Positions 40,044 through 49,170 of a stretch of DNA of 64,000 nucleotides are shown here, piece after piece. The notes under the pieces are model-generated. The model searched no databases. It saw nothing but the letters and a program-made list of their open reading frames with translations, and was not told the DNA's origin. Source of the DNA: Thermoleophilia bacterium (lineage in GTDB: Bacteria > Actinomycetota > Thermoleophilia > UBA2241); assembly GCA_040769125.1 (NCBI GenBank), contig JAXGLO010000001.1:807537-871536 (forward strand), read 5' to 3'. The first letter of the stretch is position 1. Every line of letters starts with the position of its first letter. The translations under genes and the position numbers were made by a program.

Positions 40044-41069
40044 CTACAGCACATTGAACAGCAGCAGCGCGGCGATCGCCAGCCCCACGCCGAGACGGTA
40101 GAAACCGAAGATCGCCATACTGTGGCGGTTGAGGTAGCCCACCATCCACTTGATCGCCAGCGCCGCCGAGATGAACGCCACGACGACACCGACGATCGGC
40201 GCCGCCACTCCCAGCGTGTCGACGATCACGCGGCCTTCGCGCACGGTCTCCACGAGCGTGGCTCCCGTCAGCGTGACAAGGCCGAGGAGGAAGCTGTACT
40301 CGACGGCCGCCCGCGTGCTGAGCCCCACCAGTCGCCCCCCCAGGATCGTCGCCAGGCTGCGGCTCACGCCGGGCCACATGGCGATACACTGGAGGAGCCC
40401 GATAACGAGCGCGCGGCGGACGGTAAGCTCCTCGAGCGGCGTGCCGTCGGCGGAGCTTCGGCCGTGCTTGTCGTCGGAGCGCGCTACCGCGAGGATCACG
40501 AGCCCGCCGGCCAGCCAGGCGGCGGCAATCGGCCACAGGGCGAAGAGGTAGTCCTTGAGGTACTGCTCGCCCAGGACGCCGATGATCACCGCCGGGACGA
40601 CCGAGGCGACGAGTGAGAGGCCCACTCTGAGGCCGTCGGGATCACGGCCAGCGATGCCACGAAGAATGCTCCAGATGCGGCTGGCGTAGAGCACGAGCAC
40701 GGCGAGGATGGCGCCGAACTGGATGACGATCGCGTAGGCGTCTGCCGCCTGTTTATCTCCCTCCGTGTCGGCGAGGCCGAGGGCGTGGGAGGTGAGGAGC
40801 AGGTGCCCCGTGGAACTCACCGGCAGGTACTCGGTGACGCCTTCGACCACGCCCAGCACGACGGCTTTGGCAAGAGAGAGACCGTTGCGGCTCTCGCCGG
40901 AGGGCGTCTGTTTGGCGGAGGGGGCTGGGGTGGGAGCCGCCGTTGGCCCGTCGCCTGCGGCGCCGGGGGATGCGGCTGCGGCGATCGCGGGAAGCGCGCC
41001 CGCCAGCGACAGGATGCCCAGCGTGAAGAGGACAGCGATCATCGAGGTGCGAGATCTGCCGCGGATCAT
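40044..41069 (-). CDS. uppP: undecaprenyl-diphosphate phosphatase (BacA/UppP) with about 60-aa N-terminal signal-peptide-like plus Pro/Ala-rich extension
   Basis: VLGVVEGVTEYLPVSSTGHLLL... and the rest of the UppP core, about 275 aa. The extension has no in-frame stop and looks like a genuine signal/TM segment. Confidence 0.75.
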   Translation of the reverse strand: MIRGRSRTSMIAVLFTLGILSLAGALPAIAAAASPGAAGDGPTAAPTPAPSAKQTPSGESRNGLSLAKAVVLGVVEGVTEYLPVSSTGHLLLTSHALGLADTEGDKQAADAYAIVIQFGAILAVLVLYASRIWSILRGIAGRDPDGLRVGLSLVASVVPAVIIGVLGEQYLKDYLFALWPIAAAWLAGGLVILAVARSDDKHGRSSADGTPLEELTVRRALVIGLLQCIAMWPGVSRSLATILGGRLVGLSTRAAVEYSFLLGLVTLTGATLVETVREGRVIVDTLGVAAPIVGVVVAFISAALAIKWMVGYLNRHSMAIFGFYRLGVGLAIAALLLFNVL

Positions 41070-41366
41070 CGGCAGACTCTATCGAACGGTGCACCCCGCG
41101 GCATCCCTCTCGCGATCGGCATGCCGCATCTGGGACGCTGTTTCCAGAGCCGGCGTCGGCATGTACTGCAGGAGCGGCCCGGATAGGTCTCATGGATAGA
41201 CTTTACGCCTATCCGTGCGCGTCCGGGGCTGCTGTAGCCTGAGTGCTCCACGCGAAGGGCGGGCTCGCCGGCGCGGCTGGGAGGCGTAGTCCGCCGAAAG
41301 GCGGTGGGCGAACGGAAGACGGGCTAAGGGTTTTGGCGGCATTTGCCGAAGCTCACGGGTAGTGCG

Positions 41367-43550
41367 ATGTACGTGAGTATGAGAAGACACACTCTTTGGA
41401 GGCGCCGCCGCGCCGCCATCGCCATTCTGGGCGCGGCGGCTCTTTTCGCTGCCTTGTGCGTGCTGTCTGGCGCGAGCCGGGCCGAGGCCCTCCAGGCGCG
41501 CGCTGGGTCGGTCAGCACGCGCACCCTGACAGTGGCCGAGCGGCTCCCGATCGACTCCGCTGCCGCGGCGTCTGGAGCGCAGCGCCTCGCGCGCTCTGCT
41601 TCTGCAGCGGTGACGCTTGATGCCGGCGCCGAGTTCACCATGGTCGGTGTGACCTGTGAGCCGCCGGCTGCGGAGGGAGCCGTCACCATCCTCATCCGCA
41701 CCAGCCTCGACGGCAGCTCCTGGGGCAGCTGGTACGAGGGCCCGCTCGAGGTCGTCGCCGATCGCGATGGCGTGCCGCAGGCCTATATGGAGGCCATGTG
41801 GACCGGCGCCGCACGGTACGTTCAGGTGCGTGCCAGCGCTCCTTCTGCACGCGCCCCCCTCGCGTTGCGTGGGGTGCGCCTGGTCGCCCTCGATACAGAC
41901 TGTTCCGGCTTGTCCGCCGCGCGCGCGTCGGGCGCGGCCGGCGAGCATGTGGCCGGCGTTCCGGTCGGGTTGTCCGGCGTCCCGCCGGCGAGGGCCGAGG
42001 TCGCCCGGCCGGCGCTGGTCAGCCGGGCCGGCTGGGGCGCGAACGAGTCGCTGCGGAGCGGCACCCCTGCGTTCGCCGCGGTCAAGATGGCCTTCGTGCA
42101 CCACACCGCTGGCGGCAATACGTACACGGCGGCCGACGCGCCCGGCATCGTGCGCGGTATCTACGCTTATCACACCACCAGCCTCGGCTGGAGCGACATC
42201 GGCTACAACTTCCTCATCGATCGCTTCGGGACGATCTACGAAGGTCGGTACGGCGGTGTCGCTCGGGGGGTGGTCGGCGCCCAGGTCTACGGCTTCAATA
42301 CCGGCAGCACCGGCGTCTCCATGATCGGCACGTACACGCAGGATGCGCCGGCCGCTGCGGCTATGACCGCGCTTGAGCGGCTTCTGGCCTGGAAACTCGG
42401 GCTGAGCGGCCTCAACCCCACCGGCACCGCGAGCATGAAGTACGGTGGCCTTGTAGACGACAAGTACAAGGTCGGCCAGACGGTGAGCCTGCCGGTGATC
42501 GCGGGGCACCGCGACGCCAACTTCACCGAGTGCCCCGGGCTGGCGCTCTATAATCGGCTTCCGGCGGTGCGTCGGGGAGTCGCGGCACTCCTCGACGACG
42601 GCGCTATTACCGAGCCCAAACCCTGGAAGGTCACCCTCAAGGCGCCGGCGACGCTCGTCGCCTCCGGCTCCACGGTCGCCTTCAAGGGCACGGTCAAGAG
42701 CACGAGCACCGGCCTGCCCGGCAAAGGCACCGTGATCCTGCAGCGTCGGCCGGCCGCCGGCGGCGCCTGGACCAACCTGCGCAGTCGCACCCTCACGAGC
42801 AGCGGCGCCTACGCCGTGTCGCTGCGGGTGAGCCGTGTGGCCGACTGGCAGTTCCGCATGCGCATGCCGGCCGACGCCCTCAACCTGGCCGGCTGTAGCG
42901 CGGTTGTGGGCTTGCGCGTCATCGAGCCCAAACCCTGGAAGGTCACCCTCAAGGCGCCGGCGACGCTCGTCGCCTCCGGCTCCACGGTCGCCTTCAAGGG
43001 CACGGTCAAGAGCACGAGCACCGGCCTGCCCGGCAAAGGCACCGTGATCCTGCAGCGTCGGCCGGCCGCCGGCGGCGCCTGGACCAACCTGCGCAGTCGC
43101 ACCCTCACGAGCAGCGGCGCCTACGCCGTATCGCTGCGGGTGAGCCGTGTGGCCGACTGGCAGTTCCGCATGCGCATGCCGGCCGACGCCCTCAACCTGG
43201 CCGGCTGTAGCGCGGTTGTGGGCTTGCGCGTCATCGAGCCCAAACCCTGGAAGGTCACCCTCAAGGCGCCGGCGACGCTCGTCGCCTCCGGCTCCACGGT
43301 CGCCTTCAAGGGCACGGTCAAGAGCACGAGCACCGGCCTGCCCGGTAAAGGCACCGTGATCCTGCAGCGTCGGCCGGCCGCCGGCGGCGCCTGGACCAAC
43401 CTGCGCAGTCGCACCCTCACGAGCAGCGGCGCCTACGCCGTATCGCTGCGGGTGAGCCGTGTGGCCGACTGGCAGTTCCGCATGCGCATGCCGGCCGACG
43501 CCCTCAACCTGGCCGGCTGTAGCGCGGTGAGGACGCTCACCGTACGATAG
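41367..43550 (+). CDS. secreted N-acetylmuramoyl-L-alanine amidase (PGRP/Amidase_2 domain) with three C-terminal 104-aa repeats
   Basis: Signal peptide MRRHTLWRRRRAAIAILGAAALFAAL. Amidase_2 core MAFVHHTAGGNTY...GWSDIGYNFLIDRFGTIYEGR. Then IEPKPWKVTLKAPATLVASGSTVAFKGTVKST... x3. Confidence 0.8.
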   Translation: MYVSMRRHTLWRRRRAAIAILGAAALFAALCVLSGASRAEALQARAGSVSTRTLTVAERLPIDSAAAASGAQRLARSASAAVTLDAGAEFTMVGVTCEPPAAEGAVTILIRTSLDGSSWGSWYEGPLEVVADRDGVPQAYMEAMWTGAARYVQVRASAPSARAPLALRGVRLVALDTDCSGLSAARASGAAGEHVAGVPVGLSGVPPARAEVARPALVSRAGWGANESLRSGTPAFAAVKMAFVHHTAGGNTYTAADAPGIVRGIYAYHTTSLGWSDIGYNFLIDRFGTIYEGRYGGVARGVVGAQVYGFNTGSTGVSMIGTYTQDAPAAAAMTALERLLAWKLGLSGLNPTGTASMKYGGLVDDKYKVGQTVSLPVIAGHRDANFTECPGLALYNRLPAVRRGVAALLDDGAITEPKPWKVTLKAPATLVASGSTVAFKGTVKSTSTGLPGKGTVILQRRPAAGGAWTNLRSRTLTSSGAYAVSLRVSRVADWQFRMRMPADALNLAGCSAVVGLRVIEPKPWKVTLKAPATLVASGSTVAFKGTVKSTSTGLPGKGTVILQRRPAAGGAWTNLRSRTLTSSGAYAVSLRVSRVADWQFRMRMPADALNLAGCSAVVGLRVIEPKPWKVTLKAPATLVASGSTVAFKGTVKSTSTGLPGKGTVILQRRPAAGGAWTNLRSRTLTSSGAYAVSLRVSRVADWQFRMRMPADALNLAGCSAVRTLTVR
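42609..43520 (+). repeat. Intragenic perfect tandem repeat, 312-nt unit (104 aa, Ig-like-looking module), 3 copies
   Basis: Repeat starts at 42609, 42921 and 43233. Antisense ORFs 42548, 42809 and 43121 are near-identical at 312-nt spacing. Confidence 0.85.
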
Positions 43551-43658
43551 ACTGCCTCGTTCATCGCTTCCGGGGAGCTGTCATACTGTGCGGGCAGGGT
43601 GTCGCCCGCCGGTGCAAAGGCGGTGCGCCGCCGACCATACGTGCCTCTTGGAGTCCAT

Positions 43659-43928
43659 ATGAGCAGCATCGCGCGCCTGATCTACTTCGCTCTGTCGATC
43701 TACATCTGGATGATCGTCATCCGGGTCGCGATCTCGTGGTTCCGTCCGCGGCCCGGCACCGTGCTGCACCGCGTCTACCGTAGCTTGTCCGATGTGACGG
43801 AGCCTTACATCGGCCTCTTCCGGCGCCTGTTGCGGGGGACTCGCATCGAAGGTTCGGGCATCGACTTCAGCCCCGCCCTGGCGGTGATCGCCCTATTTAT
43901 CGCCATGCGGATCGTCGCGCGTTATTAG
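43659..43928 (+). CDS. yggT: YggT-family small membrane protein
   Basis: MSSIARLIYFALSIYIWMIVIRVAISWF...: 89 aa, two TM helices, YGGT motif region. Confidence 0.65.
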   Translation: MSSIARLIYFALSIYIWMIVIRVAISWFRPRPGTVLHRVYRSLSDVTEPYIGLFRRLLRGTRIEGSGIDFSPALAVIALFIAMRIVARY

Positions 43929-43980
43929 ACCGGCGCCGGCTCACAGAGCGGGTGCGTTCCAGCATGGCCATGGAGGCTGC

Positions 43981-45180
43981 ATGAACATCCTCATCTTTAA
44001 TTGCGGAAGCTCGTCGCAGGGCTACAGCGTGTACGCGACGGGCATAGCGGGGGAGCGGGCGGTCGTCATCGCCGGCAAGGCTCGCAACGTGGCTACACGG
44101 ACGCGGTCCGGCGCCGTTGTGGAATGGATGTTCGCGGGCGCTACCGGGCGGAGCGAGACTGAGCTTCCCACGCACGCCAGGGCCGCCGAGGTCATTCTCG
44201 GGATACTGCAGAAGCACGGTGTGGCGATCGACGTCGTCGGTCACCGCTTCGTGCATGGCGGGCAGGAGTTCACAGGCACCACGTTGATCGACGAATCCTC
44301 CCTGGCGGCCCTGCAGCGGACGGTCCCGCTGGCGCCGATTCATAACCCCAACACGCTGAGCGTAATCGAGGTCTGCAGCGCCCTGCTCCCGGACGTACCG
44401 CAGTATGCGGTGTTCGACACGGCGTTCCATGCCTCCATGCCCGAGGAGAGCCGTACCTACGCGCTGCCCTCGGATCTTGCCGAAACCCACGGCTTCCGCA
44501 AGTACGGGTTTCACGGGCTCTCCTACCAGTCTGTGAGCCGCCGCACGGCGGAGCTGCTGTGCCGGCCAGTTGCGGATCTGAGCATGGTCATCTGCCACCT
44601 CGGGACCGGCGGATCGAGCGTGGCCGCCGTCGCAGGCGGCCGGTCTCTCGATACGTCGATGGGCTACTCGCCGCTGCCCGGGCTCGTCATGTCGACGCGC
44701 TGCGGCGACCTCGACGCCGAGATAGTGCTGCAGCTCATGCGGGCGGGCTACGACGCCGAGTGCATCGAGACCTTGCTCAACAAGGAGTCGGGCTTACTCG
44801 GCCTCTCAGGGATGTCGTCGAGCCTCGTCGAGATCATCGCGGCCGCCGACGTCGGCGATGCGGCCTGCCGACTCGCCTACGACGTCTACGTCGCGCGGCT
44901 GCGTCACTACGTGGGCGCGTACTTCTGGCGTCTCGGCGGCGCCGATGCGCTCGTCTTCACCGACGACGTCGGCCTGCGTGCCTGGCAGGTGCGGGAGCGC
45001 GTATGCGCTGGCGCGGACGCTCTGGGCGTGGTGCTCGATACCGACGCGAATCGGCGCACGACCGGGGGAGAGGAGGCCTTCGTGCATGCCCCAGGCTCGC
45101 GCACCGCGGTGCTAGTCGTGCCCACCGACGAGGAGCGCGTGATTCTCGACGAGGTGCTCGCGCGGGTGGGCGGCGCCTAG
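43981..45180 (+). CDS. ackA: acetate kinase (acetate/propionate kinase family)
   Basis: MNILIFNCGSSS... HRFVHGG... VFDTAFH... FHGLSYQ: ASKHA acetate kinase signatures, 399 aa. Confidence 0.85.
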   Translation: MNILIFNCGSSSQGYSVYATGIAGERAVVIAGKARNVATRTRSGAVVEWMFAGATGRSETELPTHARAAEVILGILQKHGVAIDVVGHRFVHGGQEFTGTTLIDESSLAALQRTVPLAPIHNPNTLSVIEVCSALLPDVPQYAVFDTAFHASMPEESRTYALPSDLAETHGFRKYGFHGLSYQSVSRRTAELLCRPVADLSMVICHLGTGGSSVAAVAGGRSLDTSMGYSPLPGLVMSTRCGDLDAEIVLQLMRAGYDAECIETLLNKESGLLGLSGMSSSLVEIIAAADVGDAACRLAYDVYVARLRHYVGAYFWRLGGADALVFTDDVGLRAWQVRERVCAGADALGVVLDTDANRRTTGGEEAFVHAPGSRTAVLVVPTDEERVILDEVLARVGGA

Positions 45181-45280
45181 CCGGCGTCAGGCGGTGTGCC
45201 GCCCCGCTCCGCCGACGCCGGGCGACGCGGCCCCTCGCATTCTTCCGTGGCTCCTTGCACGCAGCGAACTTCGTGGTACC

Positions 45281-45709
45281 ATGCGAATCATGGGCGACTC
45301 TCCAGTAACCTCCTTTGCAGCTATCGGCGACGCTAGCGTTGTCAAGATAGTAGACGACATGGCCGAGATGCCGGATCTCGCGCCAGCGATCTACCGGCAG
45401 CGGCTCGTGATCGAGGGCACCTGCACGGCTCCGATCTCCGCCGAGGAGATCTGCTCCTACCTCTCCCAGCTGTCCGATGTCTGCGGGATGACCTTGCTCA
45501 TCGAGCCGGTAACGCATCGCTCCGACTTGTACGGGTGGGCGGGGTGGGTGCACTGGGAGACCTCCGGCGCCCATTTCTACGCCTGGGAGAAGCCCCGCCT
45601 CTTCTTCAGCGTCGATATCTATACCTGCAAGGCGTTCGACGCGGCTTGTGCGGTGAGCTTCACCCAGGGCTTCTTCGGCGCCCCAGAGGTCGTCGCCAAG
45701 TCGTTCTAG
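45281..45709 (+). CDS. S-adenosylmethionine decarboxylase-like (pyruvoyl-dependent AdoMetDC/SpeH fold) protein
   Basis: About 140 aa. ...VHWETSGAHFYAWEKPRLFFSVDIYTCKAFD resembles the AdoMet_dc family core (HxxTxPE...DxxTC). Assignment tentative. Confidence 0.5.
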   Translation: MRIMGDSPVTSFAAIGDASVVKIVDDMAEMPDLAPAIYRQRLVIEGTCTAPISAEEICSYLSQLSDVCGMTLLIEPVTHRSDLYGWAGWVHWETSGAHFYAWEKPRLFFSVDIYTCKAFDAACAVSFTQGFFGAPEVVAKSF

Positions 45710-45712
45710 CGC

Positions 45713-46483
45713 ATGACGGTCGCTTCTCTCCCCGACGACTCGGATCTCCGGCGCCTCGCGTGGCAGCACATCCCGCCCGGAGCGCGAGAGCCGTTCGGCG
45801 CCTATATCTTTCACAGCGACGAGCCGGGCGCCGAGCTTGCCCGTGCTGTGGAGCGGGCGGTGTTCCTTGAAGCATTCGACAACACGCCCGATCTGCTCGC
45901 AAGGGAGTATGGCCCGTATGAGTCGGGCAGCGTGTTCATCTGCGTCCTCGACCACTTGCGCGGCGTCCCCGCGGGCATGATGCGGGTTCTCATGTCGTCG
46001 CCTGCTGGGTTCAAGAGCCTCAACGACATCGAGACGGTGTGGGGCGAGTCGGCGGAGGATGTCCTGCAGCGCACCGGCCTGGCGCTCGACGCCGGCCGGA
46101 CGTGGGATGTCGCTACGCTGGCCGTCGACAGAGAGTATCGTGGCAAGGCGGCACGCGGCCTCGTCACGATGGCTCTCTACCAGACTCTTACACTGGCTGC
46201 CCACGCCTGTGGCGTCGAGTGGTTCGTCGCTATCCTCGACATGCCCGTGTTCCGCCTGCTGCGCTGGAAGCTCCGCATGATCTTCGCCGGCTACGCGGGG
46301 CTAGGGCCGCGCTCGTACCTGGGTTCGGCGGCGAGCATCCCGGCCTGGTGCAACGTTGTCGAGGCCGAGCGCAAGCTCGCGGCTACCGACGCCGACCTGC
46401 ATGCCATTCTCGTGCGTGGCGAGGGCCTCGAGCCGGCTCTGCGCGGCGCCGATCTCGCGTGTGCCGAGCGCCTCGTCGGCTGA
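45713..46483 (+). CDS. hypothetical protein, possibly GNAT-fold N-acyltransferase-like
   Basis: Starts 4 nt after the preceding stop (operon). ATLAVDREYRGKAARGLVTMALYQ...VAILDMPVFRLL is reminiscent of acyl-amino-acid synthase/GNAT-like folds. Its 3' end is the source of the fossil fragments at the duplication junctions. Confidence 0.45.
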   Translation: MTVASLPDDSDLRRLAWQHIPPGAREPFGAYIFHSDEPGAELARAVERAVFLEAFDNTPDLLAREYGPYESGSVFICVLDHLRGVPAGMMRVLMSSPAGFKSLNDIETVWGESAEDVLQRTGLALDAGRTWDVATLAVDREYRGKAARGLVTMALYQTLTLAAHACGVEWFVAILDMPVFRLLRWKLRMIFAGYAGLGPRSYLGSAASIPAWCNVVEAERKLAATDADLHAILVRGEGLEPALRGADLACAERLVG

Positions 46484-46513
46484 CGGAGGCACGCCGCCGC
46501 AGGCGAGCAGGGG

Positions 46514-48847
46514 TCAGGAGGCGGGCACGAGCCTCAGCTTCGGGGCGTTCAGCGAGGCAACGATCGTCGGCAGGGCGTGCGCTTCTACGGGGCGTGAGTA
46601 CAGGTAGCCCTGGGCCAGGTCGCAGCCCAGCTCCTGGAGGCGCTTGGCCTGGTCCGCCGTCTCCACGCCTTCTCCTACCGTCATGGTGCTGAGCGCTCGA
46701 GCCATGGCCACGATGGCCGCTACGACGGCATCGTCGGTGTTGTTCGGCTTCTCCAGGTTGCTCACGAAGCCGCGGTCGATCTTGAGGCTCGTTGCCGGGA
46801 ATTGCTTCACGTAGGTCAGCGACGAGTACTCCGTGCCGAAATCGTCGATGGCCATCCGTACGCCCAGCTGCCGCAGCTTCTCGAGGATCGCGGTGGCGGC
46901 CTCGGTGTCCTGCATGAGCGCCGACTCGGTCAGCTCCACACAGAGGAATTCGCCGTCCAGTTCGTGGGTCGCGAGGAGGTCGCTGATCGTCTTGACGATG
47001 TCGTCGTTGTACAGCTGAACGGCGGAGATATTCACCGAGACGAAGAGGTTCGTGAACTCCGGCACCTGGCGTCGCCAGGCGGCGAGCTGCCCGAGGGCCT
47101 CCTCGAGAACCCAGCGGCCGATATCGATGATCGCTCCGCTCTCCTCGGCCAGCGGGATGAACTGTGCCGGCATGATGGTGCCGTGCTGGGGATGCGTCCA
47201 GCGCAGCAGCGCCTCCATGCCGGCCACCGAGGCGATGGGCAGGCTCATGATCGGCTGGTACAGCAGGTGCAGCTGGCCCAGCTCGACGGCGTGGTGCAGA
47301 TCCCTCTCGAGCTCAAGCTCGGTGGCGCGCGCGTGCATCGACTCGTCGAACAGCGCGACGGCGTCGCGGCCAGCCTGCTTGGCATGGTACATGGCGGTGT
47401 CCGCGTTGCGTACGAGGGCCTCGACAGTCGCGTCGGTGTCGTCTCCTGAGGCGAAGGCGAGACCGATACTCGCCGATACGTGGAGCGGCCTGCCGTCGAG
47501 TATGAAGGGCTCTCTGAGGCTGGCGAGGAGCCGTTCCGCAAGATTCAGGGCCTGGGAGACGCTGACGACGTGGCTGAGGATGACGGTGAACTCGTCGCCT
47601 CCGATTCGCGTCACCAGGTCGGTGGGCCGGACGTGGGCGCGGAGCCTCTCGGCGACCTCGATGAGCAGCAGGTCGCCGTAGCGGTGTCCCAGCGTGTCGT
47701 TAACCAGCTTGAAGCGGTCGAGATCCAGGTAGAGAAGCGCCACGTTTGCGTTGTCGATGGTGGGCTCCTTGACGAGGCCCGTGAGGTGCTCCTCCATCCT
47801 GCGGCGGTTCGGCAGGCCTGTGAGGCTGTCGTGGAGCGCCTGGAAGGCGAGCGCCTGCTCGGATCGCTCCGCTATCTGCATCGAGACGATGACGCGCAGG
47901 GTCGTGATGACGGCCATCGCCAGCATCAGCACTGCGAGGACGATCCGGTCGGAGAGGGAGGAGCTGGGGTTGTGAAGTGCAACGATCGTCGGCATGGCAA
48001 GTGCGGCGGCTACCGGGTAGAGGCGTCCTTTTGTGGACTTCGTGCTGCACTCTGAGGAAGCGGGCTCGGTCAGCGTGCGCATCGACGGATGCAGCGCGGT
48101 CGCCGCTGCCGTCACGTACGCGAGACCGTAGGGCAGGCTGACCAAGCTGGCCGGCAGGCTGTTCACCCTCATCTCCTCAAGCATGTAGACGACGTCGCCC
48201 AGGAGCAGGAAGGCTACGGCAGCGACCACCAGCCAGAGTGCCGGTACGCTCCTCCGTGCCGGGTTGAACGCGACCCAGAGCGTCGCCACCAGCAGGAAGA
48301 TCGACGCAGGAGGATACGCGACGAGAACGAGGGCGACTTTCAGCGGGACGTCATGGTGCTGCAGGAACGGCTGGAAGGCGAAGACCCAGATAAGAAGCAT
48401 GAGCGCTAGAGACGCGAGTAGCGAGTCGAGAGCCATGTTCGCGCGACGCTCTTTCCACACTACCCACTGCGAGAACCCCAACAGCCCAAAGGTGAGAAGA
48501 GCGTAGCCCGGGATCGAGAGTGCGTCGGGGAGGAGCGATCGGCTCGCAGACAGGTTACCGAGCGTCTCCAGCTCGCTGCGCGCTGCCCCTCCCATCAGGA
48601 ACATCAGGAGCGCGGCGCTGATGAGCATCCAGTACCTGGCGTGTGGAGGGCGGCGTAGCCAGACCGACACCGCGAGCGCAAGGATGCTCGTAGCCGCGAC
48701 GCCGGCGAACACTGCGTTTCCGAGGTCTCCGAACAGCCCGAAGGATAGGGAGACCATGAGCGAGTAGCCGACTAGAAGGAACGTGACGGTCGGCCCCTGG
48801 CTCTTACCTATCGATTTTATGGCTGCCTGAACTGACCCCATGATCAA
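46514..48847 (-). CDS. membrane sensor diguanylate cyclase/phosphodiesterase (8-TM N-domain plus GGDEF plus EAL), copy 1
   Basis: 777 aa. GGDEF motif RIGGDEF and EAL motif (MEALLRW) both intact. Polytopic MASE-like N-terminal domain. Confidence 0.85.
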   Translation of the reverse strand: MIMGSVQAAIKSIGKSQGPTVTFLLVGYSLMVSLSFGLFGDLGNAVFAGVAATSILALAVSVWLRRPPHARYWMLISAALLMFLMGGAARSELETLGNLSASRSLLPDALSIPGYALLTFGLLGFSQWVVWKERRANMALDSLLASLALMLLIWVFAFQPFLQHHDVPLKVALVLVAYPPASIFLLVATLWVAFNPARRSVPALWLVVAAVAFLLLGDVVYMLEEMRVNSLPASLVSLPYGLAYVTAAATALHPSMRTLTEPASSECSTKSTKGRLYPVAAALAMPTIVALHNPSSSLSDRIVLAVLMLAMAVITTLRVIVSMQIAERSEQALAFQALHDSLTGLPNRRRMEEHLTGLVKEPTIDNANVALLYLDLDRFKLVNDTLGHRYGDLLLIEVAERLRAHVRPTDLVTRIGGDEFTVILSHVVSVSQALNLAERLLASLREPFILDGRPLHVSASIGLAFASGDDTDATVEALVRNADTAMYHAKQAGRDAVALFDESMHARATELELERDLHHAVELGQLHLLYQPIMSLPIASVAGMEALLRWTHPQHGTIMPAQFIPLAEESGAIIDIGRWVLEEALGQLAAWRRQVPEFTNLFVSVNISAVQLYNDDIVKTISDLLATHELDGEFLCVELTESALMQDTEAATAILEKLRQLGVRMAIDDFGTEYSSLTYVKQFPATSLKIDRGFVSNLEKPNNTDDAVVAAIVAMARALSTMTVGEGVETADQAKRLQELGCDLAQGYLYSRPVEAHALPTIVASLNAPKLRLVPAS

Positions 48848-48951
48848 TAGGTATCGGCAGATCGCTGCGATTCTGCACTAATTTCGCCGGATTCTGCGCC
48901 GACGCCCGACGCCGATCTCCCGAAGGCTCAGCGTGCAGCTCCTTCTCGGCT

Positions 48952-49140
48952 GTGGACTGTGAAGCGGGTCAGTCCGGAAGTTCGGCGGCGAGCATCCCGG
49001 CGTGGCGTAACGTCGTCGAGGCTGAGCGGAGGCTGGCGGCCACCGACGCCGACCTGTCTGCCATTCTGGTTTGTGACGAGGCCCTCGAGCCGGCTCTGCG
49101 CGGCGCCGATCTGGTGTGTGCCGAGCGCCTCGTCGGCTGA
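48952..49140 (+). pseudogene. Fossil 3' fragment of the 45713..46483 gene at the unit1/unit2 duplication junction
   Basis: Encodes SAASIPAWRNVVEAERRLAATDADLSAILVCDEALEPALRGADLVCAERLVG*, against SAASIPAWCNVVEAERKLAATDADLHAILVRGEGLEPALRGADLACAERLVG* in the intact gene. A shorter, internally deleted version lies at about 51640..51700. Confidence 0.55.
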
Positions 49141-49170
49141 CGGAGGCGCGCCGCCGCGGGCGAGCAGGGG

